Of a stretch of DNA of 64,000 nucleotides, positions 27,221-38,452 are shown piece by piece; the stretch's first letter is position 1, and each line of letters starts with the position of its first letter. The notes under the pieces were generated by a model. That model was not told where the DNA came from and searched no databases. It saw only the letters and a program-made list of their open reading frames with translations. The stretch lies in assembly GCA_028023455.1 (NCBI GenBank), contig JAQFVV010000002.1:6634001-6698000 (forward strand), in the 5' to 3' direction. Position numbers and translations under genes: made by a program. This DNA is from Epiperipatus broadwayi (Eukaryota > Animalia > Onychophora).

Positions 27221-27950
27221 TTATTATAAAAAGCTGAAAATCTTGAAATCATTAGATCTGAAGTCAAACTCTGATAATGCGCTATTACTTTAAATATTAT
27301 AAATCACACACTTACATGTCAGTAAGAGTTTAAAAACTGAAGTGAATCACTTAAGTTTAGAGGGCATTTCTATAAATACAACAACTTTCACTGGCCATGC
27401 TAAATTGGGGCTTGAGTCTATTATGTACCTGATGTTATATTCAAATTTTGAATTGTACAAATCTATTTAACTTATTGCAGAAGAAAGACAGTGTCTCATG
27501 TTTAACCACCCACAATCAGAGAAACATGACTTATAAATGTTAAATCTATTATTATAAAGCACTGAAGTCAAACTCCAATAATGCACTATTACTTTAAACA
27601 TTATAAATCTCCATGCACTCACATGTCAGTAAGAGTTTAAAAAACTTAAGTGAATCACTTAAGTTTAGAGTGCATTTCTGTAAATACACCAACTTTCACT
27701 GACCATGCTAAATCAAGGCTTGAATCTATTGTATGTTGATGTTATAATCAAATTTTGAATTGTACAAATCTATTTAACCTATTTCAGGAAAAAAACAGTG
27801 CATCAAACACCCATGTTCATAGAAACATGACTTACAAATGTAAATCAATTATTATAAAGTGCTGAAAATCTTAAAATCATTAGATCGAAAGTCAAACTCC
27901 GATAATGCGCTGTTACTTTAAATATTATAAATCTCCATACACTCACTCAT
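27221..27950. repeat. ~300-330-bp tandem repeat, ~2.3 copies
   Basis: Units start 27221, 27549, 27849 (TTATTATAAA..GCTGAAAATCTT..AAGTCAAACTC..ATAATGCGCT); internal palindrome AAACTTAAGTG-aat-CACTTAAGTTT. Confidence 0.9.
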
Positions 27951-28384
27951 CAATAAAAAAAACTTAATTGATTATTTTTAAATGCATAGCATTATAGGAA
28001 TGCACATACACAATATTAATTTTTTTCTTATTAATATCTGAGATATTTGTCGCTAGATTAGTAAGTTATTTAAAGTTAAATATTTCTTTATTTGCATGTG
28101 GACATGTGTATATGACTTCTGATGAGTGCTTCATACCCTTTGCTAGTTTATTTAAATAGCCTAGGACAATAATTAATTTATTTATTGTGATGATAATGAT
28201 GATTCTCACTATCATATTAGTGTAATGGTTCAAAAACATATCCATTGCAGTTTAGATAAAAATTATTTTAAATCTGTGATATTTCATGTAGCAGTTAAGA
28301 TATTTTGTCGAATTGCCTGAACAGGGAATATTTTGTAAAAATATTGATTAGTTTATTGTTAAAGCTATTACTTTAATTATTATT

Positions 28385-28576
28385 ATATAAGGGATTCAAA
28401 CTCAGACTTTAACACAAAATATGTATATTGGTGATTATTTATCTTTTCAACATGTGTGTGATCAGATGGGTCAGCAATATAAGATGACTTGGAGAATTGA
28501 GGGTTGTGTGAAAGTCTGAGTTCGAATCACTTACATATATATTTATGTGCAAGTGTAAGCCTGTGCAGTGTATTAA
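28385..28576 (+). mobile_element. Family B truncated fold-back copy (3' half of HHR + B-box)
   Basis: 25-bp inverted arm 28386-28410 versus 28511-28535; CAC-AAAAT-ATGT-ATA-TTGGTGATTATTTATCTTTTC homologous to 48301-48340; GAGTTCGAATC at 28518-28528; candidate 13-bp TSD TTTAATTATTATT (28372-28384, 28577-28589). Confidence 0.75.
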
Positions 28577-29133
28577 TTTAATTATTATTGTTTCTTTTAT
28601 TAAACATTTGTTCAATGCAATATTTGAATTAGAATAGAGTAGAAAGAAACCAGCTAAATATTATGACTATTCCATTTAACTTTTTTCTTTTTATGAACAA
28701 GTAATTAGAATGTATAATAAAAAGCCGAATTATAATTTGGATAATTTGTTAATGAAGCAATCTTAGACCTGTAATGATGACTTCCTATTAAACAGTGTTT
28801 GTGCTGGCCTGTAGTTTTTAAACTATATTGTAAATATTTTGTGTGTTATATTTATTGTTAATAAATGTATTTGTTAATTATATAACTCTAGTTTTTGTGT
28901 GTTTTTCTATATGCAAAATTTTTTTTGGTCCTAAATTCTTAAATAACAGAAATCTTGGTAAATCAGATAGAGGAATCTTTATGCAGATCCAAAAGTTTCA
29001 ATGTTTTATAAAAAATAACATTCTAATCCTAAAGCTGAAACTACAATTTTAAAAATTAAATATTTATTTAATCTTGCAATGGATTATTTAATCCATCCTT
29101 AAGACTACACATTATCTATTTACTTGATTGGTA

Positions 29134-29388
29134 TTCTCATAGTTTAGTAGTTCTATAGAGTTAAAAGGTAGTTGCTGAAGGGTTGCATTAGATCCTAAGA
29201 TCTAGGTGCAGTGCTCTAAGATCCAAGGCTCCTCACTGACGAAGGCCATAAGCCAGAAACTAGTTTGGGGATATCGGATGAGTAGGCACTAGATAGGGAT
29301 TTTATGCACAAGCCTTCTGGCATCCATTGATTATTCTGTTTTGCTTAGAGTGGCACTACTGTATGGAGAGAGTTTTGCCTATTATATT
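29134..29388 (+). mobile_element. Family A solo HHR insertion (255 bp) with TSD
   Basis: 17-bp TSD TATTTACTTGATT(G/A)GTA (29117-29133, 29389-29405); shares AGATCTAG.TG, GCTCCTCACTGA and CTAGATAGRGATTTTA with the 50-51 kb copies. Confidence 0.8.
29230..29271 (+). ncRNA. Minimal type I hammerhead ribozyme
   Basis: TCCTCA-CTGACGA-AGGC(cataa)GCCA-GAAAC-TA-GTT^-TGGGGA; stem I 6 bp with one G-U; stem III palindrome ACTAGT; base of stem II mismatched. Confidence 0.78.
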
Positions 29389-30276
29389 TATTTACTTGAT
29401 TAGTAAAAGTATAAGAATCAAATGTAATTCTTTTATTATGTTGTTAGGGTTAGTAGAAGGATATAAAAGATCCCCATTCTTTCTATTATCTTGAGTGACA
29501 TCCTGGGTAAAAAGCTATAGTTATTCAAAATTTTATATAATTGTTTTTATGTTAGTATTCAGATTAAACACTTCTTATGTAATTCTCATTTTTGCTATAC
29601 TATAATAGGAAACATTAGCTTATAAGAGAAGTGTCCTACAGTCTATCAATATGTCAATCATTTGTTTAGCAACACAATATGACAGTATAATTTCCCCCCC
29701 AAAAAAAAAATCAACAAATGAACCCTGAGATTATTATATATTATTTTAATAATTATCAACCTACTTGGTGATGGCATATGAATTTCATTATTATTTGATG
29801 TACTATTAGACAAGTACTTTCCATTTTACTCTACAAGAGTAGAATATATCAGATCATATTAATAAATAATTATGAGGTATTAGAAAAAACATAAGAATTT
29901 ATTCGAAAATGTTTCTTTAAGTGCAAATGTTTGTAGCTCAAAGAATGCATTTTATGAAGGGAGAGATGTATTTAATTTTTAATATGTTATTTGGGGATAA
30001 GTGAAGTTTTCTCTCTTCCCAAATTGTTTATTCATTTTATAGTAACATACTTTAATATTGTTTAAAATTTCTTCCTTTATCTTAATGCATATCTCTGTAG
30101 CTAAATATTAGATTTCTAACCAACCACTGAGCTTAGCCAACTGTTTTCAGTCCATCACTATCTCAAGAGACTCATTCTAAACCAATTATTCTGTTGGATT
30201 TATTTTATTTGGTTAGAATATATATAATAAATTAAGTTTGATGTCTGTAGCCTTTCCAAAATATATGTAATATTCA

Positions 30277-30807
30277 AATTTATATATATTAAATATAGTA
30301 ATATTCATATAAATTTAACTTATTCTATTAGAAGTACTTTCGACTATATTCCTTGTAGTCTTATAATGTCACATAATTAAAATGAGACATCATTTCATAA
30401 TTCCCATACTTCAGTTCATTTCTCCCACAATTCTGTTCTTTTAATGTTTGATAATTCATTAACATTTGACGATTTCTTGAAATTAATATAGCTTCTTTTA
30501 TTTTATGTTATTATGGCAATGTTCAATTTAATTGTAAAAACAAAAAAATTATACAAATTGAATGGTGTCCTAATAAACATAAGATAAAAGAGGTTACATT
30601 AATTTCAAGAAATCGTCAATCATCAAACATTAAAAATAACAGAATTATGAAGAACTGAATTGAATTATGGGAGTTATAAAATGATGTCTCATTTTCATTA
30701 TTCGACGTTGTATACTTAACACAGACTACAAAGAATATAATTAAAAGTATTTATAATAAAATAAGTTAAATTTATATAAATATTACTGTATTTAATATAT
30801 AAAAATT
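30277..30807. repeat. ~530-bp diverged fold-back (arms ~260 bp) with possible HHR 3' half
   Basis: Arms 30277-~30540 and ~30550-30807 are reverse complements (e.g. TTTGACGATTTCTTGAAATTAAT / ATTAATTTCAAGAAATCGTCAA); minus strand of left arm has GACTA(caaggaata)TAGTC-GAAAG-TA-CTT but no recognisable CUGANGA. Confidence 0.85.
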
Positions 30808-30899
30808 AAAATATTATATATAAATAACATGATACTCTGTCATCTTTAATACTAATATAGAGTGCCAAAACAGAGTTTGTATTTGTTTTATTGGAATTA

Positions 30900-32110
30900 A
30901 TTGAGCCAGTATACTTTTAATGCTTGTGCATCATATTCATGATTATTCTGTTAGAGATACATGGTCCGTTGCACAAAATGAATATGTAATGAACCAAATA
31001 TTGAACAGTATTCAAATAGTAAAAAATGGGTCTTCTCAACAGAATAATCATGAATATGATGAACAAGCATTGAAAGTGTACTTGGTTCAATTAATTCCAA
31101 TGAAATATATACAAATTCTTTTTTCACACTTTATATTAATATATATATATATATTATTCATTTTTACATTTGGATCTAAAACATGGATATTTAACAAACA
31201 CTTCAGATCATTCAACAAAATATGGAAAGATGTAAGTTGAAAGAAAGTAGAAGAGATTGAAATGATATACATGGGTAAGAAAACAATTTTCTGGACATAT
31301 TTCTAGAAAAGATGTCAACATATGAGCAGTTAAGGCTTAAAATTTCCAAAAAATTGTAAAAATTTGAAAGAAACCATATGTAATGTGGGTGAATGAATTA
31401 AGCAATTTAATGGTGGCATATGGAGAAGAGAAACTATGATGAAAAACTTTATTAAACTTAGATAGAGACCTCATTTTGCAGTCGATCAATCAATACTGAT
31501 TGAAAATGATAAAGATTATGTTTAAAACACGGAATTCAAATCATTAATATGGATACTGAAAAAAAAACAAAAAAAAAACAGTGTATCCTACAAGTTGGAG
31601 AACAGTACATTAAAAATAATTATAATAAACTATTTGTAGTATTATCAACTTCAGTTGTTTAGTTATGTTAATATAATTTGCTTTGGAATAAATTATTATA
31701 CCTTTTATTAAGAAATCATTTTTTTTGCATGGAATAATTTATGAAGTAAAATGTATAATTTATCAAGTAAAAATAAATGGTTAAATTTTCAAAATAATAT
31801 ATTAATCAGACAAATATGGGTGAGAAAATAAACAAGTGTTGTTGTCAACATTAAAAGAATTAAAAGTCTGAAGTGGAATTGGCTTGGATAAATTGTTAAA
31901 AGAGGTGATAATAGATGGTTCATTAAAATCTTAAACTGGATTCCAAGAGATTTAAAGACCTAGAAAGAGACCACATATGGATGGCTGAAATAAGGAAGTG
32001 TGCTGGGCTGGTATAAAAAGAAAAAGCTGGATTTCAGAGAAAATGATTTGAACTTGGAAAGACCTTCATCTTACAGTGGATTGATATGGATTTAAAATGA
32101 TGATGATGAT
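30900..32110 (+). mobile_element. Decayed RTE-clade LINE 3' portion with (TGA)n tail
   Basis: IKRIKSLKWNWLG*IVKRGDNRWFIKILNWIPRD...WMAEIRKCAG...KTFILQWID (31850-32095) is the typical RTE C-terminus; TGATGATGATGAT tail 32098-32110; upstream RT-like PMKYIQIL. Confidence 0.8.
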
Positions 32111-32989
32111 ATTGTGATAATTTTTTTATGAATAGTTCTATAATTTTTATTGAAATACCTAAGAATGTGTAATAAAGTTCTGTATAAGGTTAATTAGCAT
32201 TTAGAATATAGATCTGGATATTGTATAATATCAGTAAAAGATGATGGTATAAAAAACATGAATTATTCCCTAAAAATGTTGCAAAAAATAGAAAAGACAC
32301 AAGAATTACTGTAGGTGTTGAAGTTTATTAGATATAGCAGCTTTGCTACATGTTTTTTTATAACTGAATATTTAATCAAATAAGAGAAATTTAAGTAAAA
32401 GTGGTTTGTGTGTTACAACAAGATATCAACTTAGGTTAAATGAATACTTTGGTTGCCCAAACATAATATCATGCCATTTTTTTTGTTGCACAATTTCACT
32501 ATTACATTGTATTATCTGATTTTGCAGGAAATTGGAATCATTAAATTTTATTTTTTTTAAAATCTAAAACCTGGATAAACCAATTTTTGATAAATTGTTC
32601 TCCATATAACAAGATGTATATTGCCATTGCTACTGAACAAAATAAATTATATTTGTAGTATTTTGCAATTCCACTAATCCCTAGTTATGAATAGATTAAA
32701 ATGTTCCGAATTTACTGTTATGTGACTGTACCAGCTTCTTTGTGACAACTTCCAATATCATTATAAAATAACATTTGCAAACATTTCTGCTGTTCTCATA
32801 GTCTGACATGCATGAATAAATCAACTATAAATATGCACACATCCCATATCTCTAAAATATTACATGTTGAGAGAGTTGACTGAAATTTCAAGCATTTTCA
32901 ATTTTTGGATATACAATAATCCTTTATGTGTTGTTATATTTAGTATAAAATAGTGCTTATGATATAATTTCTTTATTTCAAAATAACTT

Positions 32990-33325
32990 ACAAACACATA
33001 TACTTGACAATTTGCACATATTACATACTGATATATGCTATGTTGTTGTCATATACCTTACAAATATATGATACTTTGCATATCTTACATAATTTTCTAC
33101 AACTTTTTATTTTTATTACTATGCTGTTCTTATATAGCTTGCGAACTCTTGCACAATCTTTATGTGTATTCAATGACATTGTTCTAAAATAGTTTACAAA
33201 GAGACAAATAATTGACACTTGCATATCTTATACAGTGTCATCCAAATGCTTATCTATATTCAACTATGTAATTCTTTGTTAGGTTGCAAATACATATAAC
33301 TAAACTTTGCATGTCTTATGTCCTG
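32990..33325. repeat. Degenerate ~70-80-bp tandem array
   Basis: Motif YTTGCAYATCTTA-like recurs at ~33011, 33077, 33148, 33220, 33306, several preceded by TTACAAA/TGCAAA. Confidence 0.55.
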
Positions 33326-33679
33326 ATGCTATGCTATATTATGTTCTTTTCCATGGAACAATTTTTACATCAAACAATATATTATCATTTGATAGACAAT
33401 GTATAAAATATATATCATTTATATGCTCTTTTATTATATACTCAAAATAATAAATAATGAAAAAATTATTTTATTTAATATATATAAATAAAAAAATATA
33501 GCTCAGATAAATAAAACAAAATAATTAATAACTTCATTTAGATATTTTCAATGATGGTCAAATTAATTAGATTTATTTACTTAAGTGAAATTATATATAT
33601 ATACTGAAGATTCATTTAAATATGTATAATACAGATGTTAAGAGATTGTCTTTATAAATAACTTTATTTGTTTTAATAC

Positions 33680-34900
33680 TAGAATCACAATTTAAAAATT
33701 ATATGAGATACTCATATTTTTTTACCCCAGAAAAAGGAATATCACAAAGATCACCATTATCTGATCTTTGCTGTATACATAGATAAGATGGTCAAAGATA
33801 TTGAAAGCCAGTTGTTAGGCCTTTATCTTCCTTATTTAGGTGCAAAGATGGTTGCAATAGCTTTTATTGATGATTTAATAATTTTTAAGAATGTATAAAA
33901 TATTTATATTGTTATGAAAATCTTGAATACTTTTTAAAGAGAAACAAAGTCCTGCGCACAATCATTAAATTTTGCAGTTTGATAACTGTTGATAGAAAGA
34001 TAACATCTGAATACCAGGAAATTCCATCTGTGTTTTTAAAAATCCAATTTTATGTGTCAAAAATAGATATGAATAAATACTTAAACAAGATGGTAATTGA
34101 TAGTATCACTAAAAAGTTAAATCCTTTTCAATAAAACATTATAAAAGTATTAGAATAAGAATTTTTAATGCCATTGCTATAGGAATCCTAGATTATTATG
34201 CATCATGGATGAATATTTTCAATATAACATTAAATAAATTAAAACAAATTCCAAAGAATGATATTTAGAGAAAATCTTCATACTTTCATACTTTTTACTA
34301 ATTTCAATATTACAATTATCAATTGATCAATGAGACTTCAATCTTCTTGATCCAATATTGTGTGTGTATATATATTAATAAAAGGAAAAACACACAATTA
34401 CTTCTCTATAAAGATGCATAATATTTCAATCAGAAGACTGGTTTCATCAGTCTGCTGGTTGAAATATTAAGCAGCTTTATAGAAAAGTAATTGTGTGTTT
34501 TTTCTTTTATTAATATTTTTTTTATATTTTCTTGAGTTACATTATATTACATATAAAAGCATGAACATATAGTCCACAATCACCTGATGCTAATTTAATT
34601 AATAAAATTGAAAAAATAAGATTATTTTATAGTGACTTATTTATAGCATATAAGAATTTGCAGGATGACTTAAACTTAAGTGGCTTCATTAACATTAAAT
34701 ATAATGATTTTAAAAAACTAATAAACAATGCTCAATACTCTTAAACAGAAGTATCAATGATTAAGGTGTTGGAAAAATCTTCACAAAATATATGCTCCAC
34801 AAACATACATCAAATTCAGTTTCAAATTAATAAATGGCTTCCTACTAGCAAAGGTTTGTTTAAATGGTCAGCTAAATATGAATTTAGAAGCTTCATGTAT
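33680..34900 (+). pseudogene. Decayed non-LTR retrotransposon reverse transcriptase fragment
   Basis: Across frameshifts: EKGISQRSPLS, VYIDKMVKDIESQLLGLYLPYLGAKMVAIAFIDDLIIF (QG.PLSP and FADD motifs); interrupted by the 34372-34516 fold-back. Confidence 0.7.
34372..34516 (-). mobile_element. Family D fold-back (69-bp arms, 7-nt loop) whose axis lies in an HHR core
   Basis: Arms 34372-34440 / 34448-34516; minus strand reads CTGATGA-AACCAG(tctt)CTGATT-GAAAT-ATT-ATGC (core 34450-34424); 5' strand of stem I absent. Confidence 0.75.
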
Positions 34901-35284
34901 TTTTTGTAAGATTAAAGGCCTTTTTTCACTTGTTTGAAGAATATGTAGCATTTAAACTTTTAAGATAAAAATATTTCATGTTCCATACATAAATTTAAAA
35001 AGAAAAATAAGAAATAATAATGCAATGATTTTGCTGCATAGTTTAAAAGCAAAATGGACAATAAAATGTGAAGTGATTTTTGAAAACAAAAAATACAATT
35101 GGCTAAATAAAAATTGATGTTTGGAATAAATACTTTAATGAAAGTTAATGGAAAAATTTGATCAAGCACTAATTTGTCTCAATGTGAGTTATGGAAATAG
35201 TAAATTGAAAAATTTTAAATAAGCATTATTTAATTAAAGAACAAACTTGAAAAAAATTTATAAATATCAAACATGCAGCTCTTT

Positions 35285-35464
35285 TCATATAGTTATATAA
35301 TACTCAAAAACTTGTGATATGCAAATTGTTATGAAAAGATATAAGAAAACAAATTTTTTTTTTTATTTAATAGCACTAAACCAGCAATTTTGTTTTTTTA
35401 CATCTTTTCATATCAACTTGCATATCTCAAGTTTTCGAGTACAAATATATATAAATAACTATGA
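35285..35464. repeat. Fold-back with ~70-bp arms and ~30-nt spacer
   Basis: TACTCAAAAACTTGTGATATGCAAATTGTTATGAAAAGAT versus ATCTTTTCATATCAACTTGCATATCTCAAGTTTTCGAGTA. Confidence 0.85.
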
Positions 35465-35699
35465 ATATCTGTAATTTAAAACTTATATGTAAATTATTAA
35501 TTATTATATATACTGTAATTATATTTAAAAAAAAATCAAGTCAGATGTCACATGACTTAATTTAATATAATTATTGCTTTTTGTTAGTAAAGATTTTACT
35601 TTAAAAAAATAAATGACTTTATCAATAATTGGAATTTTATTATTAGTAATATTTAAAGATTAATTGAAGTTAGTGTTATTAATAATTATTTTTTGTTTC

Positions 35700-35970
35700 T
35701 ATTATTGAAAAGCGCACACATATGCTTTACTTAATTAATGTTTAAATCTAATCGAACAATCATGCAGTTTTAAATCTGCAATTTTTTATTATTACTTATA
35801 TATGCATTCTACTTAGTTTTTGTATGAAATATTTCCATCAGTTAATGGCCGGAAGAAATAAAAGATTTGCGCAGCTAATGGTTAATGGCGATTATCTACT
35901 TTTCTGACCGGGTCTTCCTATTATTGCAATTTATTTATTACATTTTATCCATTTAGTTTCTGTTACGTTT
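35700..35970. promoter_or_regulatory. Small CpG-retaining promoter-like patch
   Basis: About 7 CpGs; CCGGAAG (ETS-like), TTTGCGCAG (NRF1-like), AATGGCG (YY1-like) clustered at 35845-35890. Confidence 0.4.
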
Positions 35971-36031
35971 ATATATATGAAAGAAAAAAAAAATACAAAG
36001 CATCATGAAAATTATTTTTATTTAAAACAAC

Positions 36032-36159
36032 AGAATTACATCAAAATAAAGAAAAAAAATATTTGTCATAGTTTACAATTCACAAGTTCGTTATTAGAAT
36101 TACATCAAAATAAAGAAAAAATTATTTGTCATAGTTTAAAATTCACAAGTTCGTTATTA
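36032..36159. repeat. 64-bp tandem duplication
   Basis: AGAATTACATCAAAATAAAGAAAAA...TTCACAAGTTCGTTATTA twice; accounts for the repeat in ORF 35977-36243. Confidence 0.9.
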
Positions 36160-37661
36160 CAATATACAAGAACTAACATTTTATTACACAAAGAGTCAAT
36201 TAAAAAGCTTCAGTGCTATGGGCTCTATAATAAAAATACATGACCATGTTTGAATGTCAGTTAATTATCATCATCATTACTCTTAGTATAAATATTATAT
36301 TATTACCATTAAAACAATTAATACCATTAAAACATTAATTGACTTTTTCAATTTACAAATAAGCTTCCAAAAGCAATTTTTCCATTCCACTTTAAATTTT
36401 TTTAGTAAATTTGAGCAGTCAGTAGACACCAGATAGTAGTGCTATAACACTCATACTCCCAGATGTGTCTAGTATTAGGATATATAATTCAAAATTGGAA
36501 GTAATGCCTTTATGCAACTAGTAGCTACTTTTTACTTTTTCTGTTATGCAAATTAATAGCTTGAAGTTTAAAAAACAAGACAACTTATTTGTATTAGCTC
36601 TATAGATCTGATATCATATCAGTAGCTATGTCACTCAGTGATCTCAGTTTTATGCTAATTGTAAGCCTTTCTACAAGTTGGCAGAAAGGTTAAAACCAAT
36701 AAACATCACATGATTTCCCTTTATTTATACTTGAGAGCTATCTTCTGTAAGTTTAAGTATTCAATGGCATAACTGATATTTAAATCCTCAGACTATTTTC
36801 CAGTTTTTGTTTTTTGTCATTGAGAATTTAGAATTTAAAGCTGGAATTAAGACACTTACAAATATGTCAGCCATGTTTTACTTTTTTATAATATAGTATT
36901 CAAACTAGTGGCTTGAAATTCAAAAATGAAGTCTCTAAAATGTATAGCTACTGACTTAGTATCATATTTATATGACTCTTCAAGAAAGTGATGGGTTCAA
37001 AGTCCTAAGGTTTTTTCAATTTCAGTATAAAAAATAAAAGGTAGTGAAAACAGATCAGAAATTGGTTTAGAGGCATGGATATTATGACACAATTACTTGG
37101 CTTATATTGAGTATTCAATTTTATATAGAAAATGGCTCTAGAATTGAATGAACTTAATAACATGACTATTACTAAAATCAGAATTATCATTATTGTTATT
37201 TTAATCAAGTATTCATAATAAAGTATACAATATTTAAAACCATATTTTAAATTTTATTTATAAAAGGGCAGTTTTGTAATAAATCCATTTATAAAAAGAA
37301 TTAATAGTTTAGATTTAAATATATTAATGTCTATATCCAAAGAGAATATTTAGTACAATTAATATTTTACTATCACAAGAGAATATTCAAAAAATGCACC
37401 TATTCAGGAGAATTAATGGAATATTAAGTTTATAATTGTGTTAAATTCATAGTGACCCTAAAGACATTTCATCAAATTTTTGGAAATAATTTTGTGAAGA
37501 AAAAGTTCTAATAATAAAAACATAAAAAAATACAACTATAATTAACAGGAAAATTAAAATCTGTTTTGAAGTTATTGAAAAAATCAGTATTAATTAAAAA
37601 ATTACAATGGTAACAAATATCACTTTTAATTAAGTAATTGTGCATGATTCAGCATTAAGAT

Positions 37662-38274
37662 TATTGTGTTTGGTCTGAATTACAGAACCAACCTACAAAA
37701 AACAATACTAGCACCAGTATTATAGTTAATATAATATTTATTATATTTACATATATATCTAATACAGAATAATGTAGTTCTACTGTGGACTGTTGGATCC
37801 AATTCTTATCAATCTACTGCTTTCAGCTATATCTGATAGTTTTGCCTTACAGGTTGGGAGAATGACTCTTCTGGCTGTGCCAGACAGCTTGCCTTGAGTC
37901 AGTAGTAGTCTTAACAGCATCTGGTCCTTATGTGGACTTGCCTAGATGCATGGACAAATAGTGTATTACTATCATAAGAATGCTTACTGCTGTTTAGGTT
38001 AGCAGGGCTTCTCCTGGAGAACATGTGCATCTTTGTAGGTTAGACAGACATTCTCTACCTTTCCTTCAAAAGGCTGATCATTTATGGCCAGATCCATGAC
38101 CTTACTAAAGCATTCAGATTCAGTGATCATCATTTTTATTAGCCTGTACTAATCATTGGCTAAGTGTTCAGTTGTACATTGTTAGCCTATTGGCCAGTAG
38201 CAACAATGCTTAATCCAATCAGATAAAGAAGGAATCTGGAAAAGTTCACTTCTGAGGAAAGGAGAACTATAACA
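37662..38274 (-). repeat. 3' LTR of Gypsy element
   Basis: Aligns along its length with 42697-43278; begins TGTTA on minus strand after the PPT. Confidence 0.88.
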
Positions 38275-38452
38275 TCTCTCCCCATCTAAATATTAGCCCC
38301 AGAGAACACAGTCATACAGGTGTGCTGAAGGATGGCTAACTCACTTCAGTGGTTCTTCTGGTTTGCTGCCATCATTGGTTTGTTGGTCCTCCTTGCTTGC
38401 AATCCTTATTCCTGTAGATTTATTCATTGTGGATGTAACTCTATAATTCAGT

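Noticed and set aside
28119-28140. CTGATGAGTGC, like the start of the family B HHR
   Set aside because: No stem II 3' strand or GAAA follows.
32990-33325. CRISPR-like repeat/spacer appearance
   Set aside because: Eukaryotic context, repeats too short and degenerate, no cas genes.
452-37208. Short ORFs from the track (60-106 aa, I/L/F/K/N/Y-rich) scattered through this span
   Set aside because: Composition expected from random AT-rich DNA; no motifs, many start at non-ATG codons; a few overlap TE remnants already described.
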